Shown here piece after piece: positions 54,340-64,000 of a stretch of DNA of 64,000 bases; the first letter of the stretch is position 1, and each line of letters opens with the position of its first letter. Made by a program: the position numbers and the translations under genes. Origin of the DNA: Eledone cirrhosa (taxonomy: Eukaryota). Below the pieces are notes generated by a model that ran no database searches, was not told where the DNA came from, and saw only the letters and a program-made list of their open reading frames with translations. The stretch is from assembly GCA_964016885.1 (NCBI GenBank), contig OZ024748.1:48298001-48362000 (forward strand). Reading direction: 5' to 3'.

Positions 54340-54955
54340 CCACCTCCACTACACCATCATTTACGCAGGACCACCACAACCTCCACCACACCATCATTCA
54401 TGCAGGACCACCACAACCTCCACCACACCATCATTTACGCAGGACCACCACAACCTCCACCACACCATCATTTACGCAGGACCACCACAACCTCCACCAC
54501 ACCGTCATTTACGCAGGACCGCCACAACCTCCACCACACCGTCATTTACGCAGGACCACCACAACCTCCACCACACCATCATTTACGCAGGACCACCACA
54601 ACCTCCACCACACCATCATTTACACAGGACCACCACAACCTCCACCACACCATCATTTACGCAGGACCACCACAACCTCCACCACACCATCATTTACACA
54701 GGACCACCACAACCTCCACCACACCATCATTTACGCAGGACCACCACAACCTCCACCACACCATCATTTACGCAGGACCACCACAACCTTCACCACACCA
54801 TCATTTACGCAGGACCACCACAACCTCCACCACACCGTCATTTACGCAGGACCACCACAACCTCCACCACACCATCATTTACACAGGACCACCACCACCA
54901 CAACCTCCACCACACCATCATTTACACAGGACCACCACCACCACAACCTCCACCA
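54340..54955. repeat. 37-bp minisatellite TTACGCAGGACCACCACAACCTCCACCACACCATCAT
   Basis: About 16 copies. Confidence 0.96.
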
Positions 54956-55084
54956 TACCACCATACCACCACCACCACAAGACTCACTGCTTCTACAGTA
55001 AAGCTATAAACATCACATCTTAAGACATACAGATTTACACAGAGATTATTGTTACATGTAGCCTTGCTGGTCATAAACACAATA

Positions 55085-55121
55085 ATGATGATCATCATGT
55101 TGATGATGGTGATGATAATGG

Positions 55122-55155
<34 letters not shown>

Positions 55156-55253
55156 CATGATGATGGTGATGATGATGATGATGATGATAATGGACATGAT
55201 GATGGTGATGATGATGATGATGATGATGATAATGGTGATGATGATGATAATGG

Positions 55254-55284
<31 letters not shown>

Positions 55285-55295
55285 GGTGGTGGTGG

Positions 55296-55356
<61 letters not shown>

Positions 55357-55385
55357 GGTGGTGGTGGTGGTGGTGGTGATGATAA
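55085..55385. repeat. (GAT/GGT)n microsatellite
   Basis: Direct reading. Confidence 0.95.
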
Positions 55386-55399
55386 TTTTCTTCATCATC

Positions 55400-55550
55400 C
55401 ACTAATTCCTGGGAGAGTCGGGGGAGCAGTCTTCAAACACTCCTACCAGAAGCAACCGTCTCCAACAGATCCAGCTGGATCCCCAAGCGAGACTAGCCAA
55501 GCTCATTGATGTTATCCAACTACCTTGCTTGGGGGTCTACCCCTGGGTGA
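55400..55550 (-). mobile_element. Old RTE 3' fragment related to 52430-52570
   Basis: Shares AGTCTTCAAACACTCCT and GGGTCTACC(C/T)CTGGGTG (PRGRP on the minus strand). Confidence 0.6.
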
Positions 55551-55609
55551 ATGAGCGCCAGCTCCTGCAATCCTTGCACCTAATTCAGCCTCCTTCATTC
55601 CATCACTCG

Positions 55610-56121
55610 CTTACCCAATTACACCAAGCCGACCTTACCCTTACCCAATTACACCTCTCAAAGGCGATGACACACGACCGTGACCTCTGGCGTCACGCAG
55701 TAATACAGAGTACCCGACCTCCCATGGGTACAAGCTGAAGCATATAGACAATATGCCCCCATACCCCCCACTGCAAGGTGGTCATGGAGGTGCCACAAAA
55801 AAAAGCACCCCGCCCACACTGTAAAGTGGACGTGTAGGCGCCACGGCAAAAAAGCACCCAGCCCACACTGTAAAGTGGACGTGTAGGCGCCACGGCAAAA
55901 AAGCACCCAGTACTCACTGTAAAGTGGACGTGTAGGCGCCACGGCAAAAAAGCACCCAGTACTCACTGTAAATGAGGTTGGTGTTAGGAAGGGCATCCAG
56001 CTGTAGAAATCAAGCCAAATCAGTTCCTGTATGAGCAAGGCATGGTCAGCCGACCAGACACTGCCCACAACAGGACAACCCGTCTAACCCATGCTAGCGT
56101 GGAAGAACGGACGTAAAACGG

Positions 56122-56150
<29 letters not shown>
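55610..56150 (+). mobile_element. RTE family A 3' fragment with an internally amplified 49-bp unit
   Basis: Homologous to 48300-48708; the 49-bp unit is repeated about 3.5 times at 55790-55970. Confidence 0.9.
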
Positions 56151-56154
<4 letters not shown>

Positions 56155-56279
56155 CGGCTCCAAGATGCTTGAACTTCTCTATCTGCTTCAGTGGCAGTCC
56201 ATTTATATGCATAGTGCACTGGGCAGGCTTCCCAGCATTCAGTGTCAAACCTATCAATTTATCTCACTCTCAATCCCTG

Positions 56280-56862
56280 CCCACTACATGGTTACAATAC
56301 CACTACATGGCTACAATACCACTACATGGTTACAATACCACTACATGGCTACAATACCACTACATGGCTACAATACCACCAACACATGGTTACAATACCA
56401 CTACATGGCTACAATACCACCAACACATGGCTACAATACCACTACATGGTTACAATACCACTACATGGCTACAAGACCACCAACACATGGCTACAATACC
56501 ACTACATGGTTACATTACCACTACATGGCTACAATACCACCGACACATGGCTACAATATCACTACATGGTTACAATACCACTACATGGCTACAATATCAC
56601 CACTACATGGCTACAATATCACTACATGGTTACAATACCACTACATGGCTACAATATCACCACTACATGGCTACAATACCACCAACACATGGCTACAATA
56701 TCACTACATGGTTACAATACCACTACTACATGGCTACAATATCCTACATGGTTACAATACCACTACATGGTTACAATACTATTACATGGTTACAATACCA
56801 CCGCTACATGATTACAATACCACCACCACATGGTTACAATACCACCACATGGTTACAACACC
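56280..56862. repeat. ~19-23 bp minisatellite CCACTACATGG(T/C)TACAATA
   Basis: Direct reading. Confidence 0.95.
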
Positions 56863-56974
56863 ATCACCACATCATCCTTAAATCCTTCTGTTGTAAATAT
56901 TCAGATCCAACATCATTCATTAGATTGAAACTTAAAACAGTTGCAATTAATTATTGCAACACCTCTAATATCAT

Positions 56975-57025
<51 letters not shown>

Positions 57026-57261
57026 ATTTCTCACTCCTTCTCACCAATTCTCTCTCTACCTTTCTCCCTTATTTCACTCGCTCTTTCTTCACCCCACCCC
57101 CCACCCCCCTCACATCACCCCTCATTCAATCACCTTTAGCCTCAGACTGAAAATTAAACAAACAAACAAAAATCAGAAAAAACTACTTTTGCTTTGTTTT
57201 AGACGTGAAATTACTCCAAAAAAAAAAAAGAATTACTTTGTCAGACATTCAGAATCACAGT

Positions 57262-57445
57262 TCTTTTATTCTTTTATTGGTTCCAGTCATTGGACTGTGG
57301 TCATGCTGGGGCATTGCCTTGAAAAGCCCAGTTAATTATGTCCATTCTTCTAGTATTTAATTGTTACTAATATCATCGATATTGGAAGGATGAAAGACAA
57401 AAGTGCACGAGTCCACCTGGGGCGGGATTTGAACTCTGAACAAAA
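57262..57445 (-). mobile_element. Degenerate tRNA-SINE
   Basis: GGCGGGATTTGAACTC (B box, reverse complement) and GAAGGATGAAAG match the second SINE family. Confidence 0.55.
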
Positions 57446-58415
57446 CCATAAAGAATTATATAACAAAATATCAAAAGATATTTGTTTGTTGCTGACTGTA
57501 GTGATTCTGTTATCAACTCCCTCCCCCTTCATATAAAATAATTGAACCTCTACTCCACCTCCATCATCACCTCTCCACACATTCACACATACACATTCAT
57601 ACGTGCACATCCACATTCACATAAATATTCACATACACATCATACATACACACATGTATACACTCATGCATACACACACATATCATTCATACATGCACAC
57701 CACATTCACACATATATATATATTCACATGCACCTTCATACACACATGCATACTCACACAGTCATACGCACATACATACGCATTCATATGAGCACACCAC
57801 ATTTTACATATATATTCAAATGCATACGTACACATACACACATGCATATGTACACGTACATGCACACACACACACACATTCATACACAAAAACACACATA
57901 TACTCACATTAAAAACATATACATTCAGACACACACACGTACCCTCACATATATATGTTCACACACAACACAAACACACTTTCACACACAGACACACGCA
58001 TTCAAGCATACACACACACACACATTCACACACAATTACATACTTTCACATACACACACACACACACACACATTCACACACAATTACATACTTTCACATA
58101 CACACACACACCCACACACACACATTCACACACAATTACATACTTTCACATACACACACACACTCTCATGCACACACACTCTTACATACACTTTCACACT
58201 CAGACGCATACATTCACACAGTCAAACGGATTCACACACACACACACACAGAGACATTAAAACACACACACAGTATATTCAAATGATTGACATTAGCAAA
58301 TAAGAAAGGGTGGGGGTGTACATAGTAACAGCTGTGACCAATAAAATATTGGTTCTGGTTCTCTACATTGTTAAGAAGCTATTGATTTGTATTACTGAAC
58401 TGTGTGCGTGTGTAT

Positions 58416-58457
<42 letters not shown>

Positions 58458-58761
58458 AAAATTAAATTAAGGGTGTCATGTCCGAGAGACATGCGCCATA
58501 TCGACTGTAGAATATGCTCAAAGATTCCAATGAATAGATCCGAGCATTTTATATCAACTAGAAATTGATACAAGGAAGATTAATCATTTTAAAAGGTATT
58601 TAAAGTTCTAGTTAAACTTTAATTAGTTACCTACCTAGCTGTTTGTGCTTACACACTTTTACAAATTATTCCCTGTGATTGTTTCATGTTTATTTTATAT
58701 ATATATATATATATATATGTGTGTCAATCAATTTCTAGTTGATATATATATATATATATAT

Positions 58762-61700
58762 CATCATCATCATCATCATCATTTTACGTCCGCTTTTCCC
58801 TGCTTGCAAGGGTGGGACGGGTCTTATTCAGCACAGCATCTCTCCACTCGTCACAGTCCCTCGTCATCTCCACCGTGAGCTTCAATGATCTGAGGTCTGT
58901 TCTCACCACCTCCGCCCATGTTTTTCGTGGTCTACCTCTACCACGTCTTCCTTCAACTGGCAATTCCTGGCACTTCTTCACCCATCGGTCATGCTCCATG
59001 CGCATCACATGTCCATACCACCTCAGTCTCCTCTCCCGTACACTACATTCTATCCCTCTCAGACACAGTTTCTCTCTCAACACATTTAAGCTGGGTCGTT
59101 CACGCACATTTACACTGCACATCCAACGGAGCATGCTTGCCTCATTTCTCTCCAGCCGTCGCATGTCCTCTGCAGTTACTGCCCATGTCTCACTACCATG
59201 CAGCATCGCGCTCCTCACACAGGCATCATACAACCGGCCTTTCGTACGCAGGGAGAAACCCTTCTTCGTCAACAGAGGAAGCAGCTCCCTAAACTTCTTC
59301 CAACCCCTCCTTATTCTAGATACTATGGCTTCGGAACACCCTCCTCCCATGCTAATCTGATCTCCTAGGTACCGGAAGCTATCCACCACTTCTATAGCGC
59401 CCTCCTGCATTTGAAAAATGTGTCTATCAATGCGACTTCTACTGTCTAATTTCCCTGTACATCTACTGCATACATATTTCTCCCTACCTGTTAGTTTGCC
59501 TGCTATCCCGCTACATCTCTTGTGTACCCAGGATCTGCATTGTGTGCATTTTATAGAATTTATGCCAGTTCCTTTTCTGCATATCGAACATGGCCATTTC
59601 CCTGATGGAATCAGGGTTTTGTCCTCTTTTCTACTCATCAACACTTTTGTCTTAGCTAGATTCACTCTCAGTCCTCTTGCTTCCAACTGCTGTTTCCATA
59701 GCCAGAATTTATTCTCTAGCTCCTCTACTGATTCTGCTATAAGAACCAGATCGTCAGCATAGAGAAGTTCCCATGGACAGCCAGTCTTAAACTCCTCTGT
59801 TATGGCTTGGAGGACTATAATGAACAAGAGCGGGCTGAGGACCGAACCCTGATGTACTCCTACTTGTATCTGGAATTCCTCACTAAACTCCATTCCTACC
59901 CTGACTTTACTGAGAGTACCTCTGTACAAAGTTTGCACTGTCCTCACAAGCCATTCCTCAACACCTAGCTTCCTTAGGGACCACCAGATGACAGATCGGG
60001 GTACCATATCAAAGGCCTTCTCTAGGTCAACAAAGGCTAAGTATAGTAGCTTCTTCTTCTCTAAGAACCTCTCTTGCAATTGTCTCACCAAGAAGAGGGC
60101 ATCTGTTGTACTCTTCCCAGGCACAAAACCAAACTGCATCTCATCTAGTTTGACCCTTTCTCTAATTAGTTGTGCTAAAATCCTTTCTGCCACTTTCATA
60201 ACCTGATCTATCAGTTTTATACCCCTATAATTGCTCCTCTCCAAAGCATCCCCTTTACCTTTATAGCAATTTATGAGAATACTGCTGCACCAGTCTTTGG
60301 GTATGACACCACCATATATAGCCTGATTGATGATGCGTGCAACCAGTTTAGTACCTACGTCCCCTGATGCCTTCAGCATCTCAGCAACTATTCCTGATGG
60401 TCCGGCAGCCTTACCAATTTTCATTTCCCTAATCGCCTCTTGGACCCTATATTCGTCAATCTCAATAGCTGGTCCCTCTGTCGGATCTACCAAGAGTAAT
60501 TTCTCTCTCTCCCATTTGTTCTCCACATTCATCAGTCTCTCATAATGACATTTCCAGGCCTCCTTTTTCTGATCATTCATGACACTAAGTACACCGGCAT
60601 CATCCCGGACACATTTATCTCCAACAACATCCTGATTTGCATTGACACACTGCCTTGTAATGTGGAACACCGCACGCCTCTGATCTTCCCGTCGCAGAAC
60701 ATTGGCAAACCTCCTACTCTCTGCCTCCCTGCGTGCTAAGTACACCTGACGTCTAGCTTCTCTCTTAGGGGCTGTATATTCTTCCCCCCTACTCCCACCC
60801 TTTTTCCAAGCCTTCCATGCTAGTCTTTTGTCTCTAATAGCCTTATCTACTGTGCTGTTCCACCACCAGGTCACTCTCTGTCTGGTTGGAGCTCTGCTCC
60901 AGCCACAAGTTTCATCAGTAGCCTGCAGCAAGTTGTCACGTAGGAAATTCCAGTTATTATCTATGTCATACGTCTCTAAATCGTCTTCTTTTTTGTCATA
61001 TACATCTTGAAGGGCTTTCCTAAATTTGTATTTTAGTGAAAGGTCTTTTAGCTTCCAAACCTTTCTTCTTCACACCTTCCTATATGTCTCATTCCATCCC
61101 TTGCTTACTGAGATATCACTAACAACTAACCTATGCTGTGGGGTACATTCTTCCCCAGGGTATGCCTTGATATTAAACACTATCTGCCTGTCCCGCTGCC
61201 TAACTAGTAAAAAGTCAATCTGGCTTATGTGCTCACCAGATTTGTAGGTTATTAGGTGATTGGCAGGTTTCTGGAAGTTTGTGTTGCAAATAGTCAATGT
61301 ACCTGCATCACAAAATTCAAGAAGTCTCACTCCTTCTTCATTTCTTGAACCGTAACCGTGCCCACCATGTACCCCAGTGTAACCATCCTAGAGCTGTCCA
61401 ACATGACCATTGAAGTCTCCTGCTAGCATAACGATGTCTCCGTCCTCTGTCATTGCGGTTGTTTGCAAAAGTTGCTCATAAAAGCAGTCTTTCTCATCTT
61501 TGCCTAGGCCTGCTTGGGGAGCATAGGCCGAGATGATTGTCAGTAGTCTCCTACCTACAACTAATCTAAGCTTAATTATTCGATTACTAACTCAAATTAC
61601 CTCTATTGTCTTATTGATCCATTTCTCAGCCAGGAAAATGCCTACTCCCCCTAACCCATCATCCTTACCTACCCAGAATAGCTTATAGCTAAGACGTTTG

Positions 61701-62040
61701 CCTACGACTAGTCTCGCAGAGGCACCTCTCCATCTCACCTCTTGCACGCAGCACACATCCAACTGCCTTCTCTCCAGCATCTCCGCTATTTCAGCAGATC
61801 TACCTCTGAGAGTGCCAACATTAAGTGTTGCAACTCTGAGATGCGACGTCTTCATATTTTGTTGTTGTTCCTATTTGTTGCTGTGCTGATAAACGTTTTA
61901 CACTGGTTGGATGCCCTTTGATACACCAGCGCCACTTTACAGCATGGACTGGGTGCTTTTATTTGTGCCACCAGCACTAGAGAGGATGTCTTACTAGACT
62001 CAAGGGCCCTCTCTACCCCTCCATTTTACAGCATGGTCAT
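58762..62040 (-). mobile_element. Near full-length RTE LINE
   Basis: About 180-bp 5' UTR, a single APE-RT ORF, and a (GAT)n tail directly after the stop codon; no TSD is resolvable. Confidence 0.95.
58784..61855 (-). pseudogene. RTE APE endonuclease-reverse transcriptase ORF (~1020 codons) with three in-frame stops
   Basis: ORF-track pieces 61592-61855, 61070-61330 and 58784-60931 share one frame, with stops at 61592-61594, 61388-61390 and 61070-61072. APE motifs: TLNVGTL, VQE, GDFNGHVG, IDF. RT motifs: NYRGIKL, QFGF, FVDLEKAFD, GVHQGSVLSP, YADD, FRYLG. Confidence 0.95.
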
Positions 62041-62487
62041 ATAAAAAAAAAAAAATTTAAAAAAAACCTTATTGACACGACGCACACACACACACTCACA
62101 CACCAACACTCATGCATACAAACCACAACCACACACACACGCCACTCACATACCAACACTCATTCATGCATACAATCACACACACCACTCACAAACACAC
62201 ATATATATATATATATTACCGACAGTACTGATACAAATACAAAATCAAAATCAATATCATGTCAACTGTTGACCTTTCCCAGTCCAGAAAGACCATAGAT
62301 CAACTTAGTACTTGATACATGTGTAGTATGTGTACAAAAAAAAACACATAAGTGTGAGGAAATAAGAAGGCTGAAACAAAAAAAAATCAAGTATGGAAAA
62401 CTGTGTGCAATTTATAATCTCTTTTTTTATTTACACTACATAAAGTCAACTTAACATTACACAGAAAAACCCCAATATTAATTACAA

Positions 62488-62630
62488 TGGCAGTATCGGT
62501 CCTTTACGTTCTCAGTTCAAATGCCGCCGAGGTTAACTTTGCCTTTCATCCTTACCAGTTCGATAAAATAAAGTACCAGTAATGAACTGGGTAATTGCTG
62601 GTCTTGTGCCAAAAGTAGAAACAATTATAT
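62488..62630 (+). mobile_element. tRNA-SINE, second family, internally deleted
   Basis: Matches 39165-39357. Confidence 0.8.
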
Positions 62631-62921
62631 TCCATACAATGGCAAGCATATCAAAAATAATAAAAACATAACAATATTACATCTTAATACTTGTCTGATG
62701 ACAACACATCAAATGATTATCATGCAACCACTTTGATGTCTTCAAAATGTGCATAACAGGATTATGTAATAAATAGAGGATGTATTCATAAAACCGTCTC
62801 ACTTACTTTTTAGAATATATATATATATTTTTAGCATAGTAAGAAAAATAAGTTTTAATATATGTGTATGCGTATGTGTGTATATATATATATTATTAGA
62901 ACTATATATTATTAATGTAAA

Positions 62922-63103
62922 GGGCAGTGGATTGGCAGTATCGGTAGAGGGTCAGACACCATGCCTTGCAGCATAGAGTTACGGCGCTTTATGGTCTGAG
63001 TTCAAATCCCGCCGAGGTTAACTTTGCCTTGCATCCTTAAAATAAAATACCAGTAAAACACTGGTATAATTGCTGGCCTTGTGCCAAAAGTAGAAACAAT
63101 TAT
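62922..63103 (+). mobile_element. tRNA-SINE, second family
   Basis: Matches 39165-39357. Confidence 0.85.
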
Positions 63104-63111
63104 TAATATAA

Positions 63112-63580
63112 CTAGCAGAAAAACCACACTGCTAGCATGTGTAGTGTGTATATTGATATTATACACAAATATTTATGCATGTAAATAAAATCGTAATTGA
63201 CAATATACACAGAAATTGAACAAAGCCTATGTTACACTGTCTTCTGTAATCGATAATCCATGATATATTAAAAAAAAGACGACATTATATATAAACTGCA
63301 TGAGGAGAAAATTAGCGACGGAAATATATGCAATTATAAGTGTTATAATATAACGGCTGCTAACCGGAAGTGTTGACATTTGACAATTTTAAAGAAGTGA
63401 ATTTTAAAGATCTTTAAATAAGCTATAAAATATATTTAATCAACAGCCACGAAATTTAGCACATAAATTATGTAATATTCATTCATTATTTATTCAAAGT
63501 AATCCAACTTATTTTACAAACGGGGTAAAAATATATATTCTGGACGCAATCCCGCAGCCCTTCCTTTATTATAGTTAAGA
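63112..63580 (-). mobile_element. Non-autonomous Helitron with both termini
   Basis: The minus strand begins A|TCTTAACTATAATAAAG and ends CTAG|T, with an imperfect subterminal hairpin (CACACT...AGTGTG). Confidence 0.72.
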
Positions 63581-63739
63581 TGTAAGTAATATTTCATTGT
63601 TGTAATTGATCATGTGGTTTATTTGTCCAGAAAAACAGTGAAATAGTTGTAGTAGATTTGAACTCACAATCTGAGAGTAAGTAGCTCTATTATCTCTCCA
63701 CATGGCTATCACATTTCTATGAAATCATGTTTGTGATCT

Positions 63740-64000
63740 ATTGAGTTTTATGTCGAATTAGGTATTACAAATGAAAGTTTATATGGAAACTTGCCCAAGA
63801 TAACAACTACAATTGCTCAAAGACAGTTACAATTTGTAGGACATTATATATAAGCAGGAAGTTATACACAAATTACTGTTGTGGGAACCAACTGACAGGA
63901 GACACAGTAGAGGAAGACCTGCTTGAACATTAATCAATCAACTTTCAGATGATACAAACCTCAGTAGAGAGCAGTTACCAGGAAAAATGGAAAGTTGTGA
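63740..64000 (+). mobile_element. LINE (RTE/RTEX-like) RT C-terminal fragment, continuing past the window end
   Basis: ITNESLYGNLPKITTTIAQRQLQFVGHY ... KLLLWEP...RGRP...INQLSDDT. Confidence 0.75.

Noticed and set aside
54144-57335. Extensin-like and WLQYH-repeat ORFs
   Set aside because: The 37-bp and ~20-bp units are not multiples of 3, so the peptide cycles through all frames; these are minisatellite artefacts.
58784-60931. Intact 715-aa RT gene
   Set aside because: It is the downstream part of one longer RTE ORF interrupted by three in-frame stops and begins at a non-ATG codon, so it is not an independent gene.

Overview
This is eukaryotic, AT- and microsatellite-rich DNA made almost entirely of repeats. 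The SINE/LINE families present suggest a coleoid cephalopod (octopus-like) genome; that is an inference. I found no convincing host protein-coding exon. Tandem arrays: a 28-30 bp array ending at a 200-N gap, a purine-rich ~59 bp array, a ~16 kb array of ~47 bp GAT-rich units, and several smaller ones. DNA transposons: a complete but decayed Buster-type hAT (14-bp TIR, 8-bp TSD) with a nested Mutator-like element (9-bp TSD), a decayed mariner, and several Helitron-like pieces, one encoding 23-aa STPR-like repeats. Retroelements: a near full-length RTE LINE with a C4HC3 PHD-like finger in its RT C-terminal region, many RTE 3' fragments, CORE-type and other tRNA-SINEs, and Penelope-like remnants. 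The features most worth following up are (i) short elements embedded in (TA)n tracts that carry hammerhead-ribozyme motifs and/or long near-perfect palindromes, (ii) RTE 5'-UTR and 3'-tail modules shared among LINE, SINE and bipartite elements, and (iii) the giant satellite that begins in an RTE (GAT)n tail. The long ORFs in the ORF track over the satellites are translation artefacts. All family assignments come from motif recognition by eye; no database search was run.
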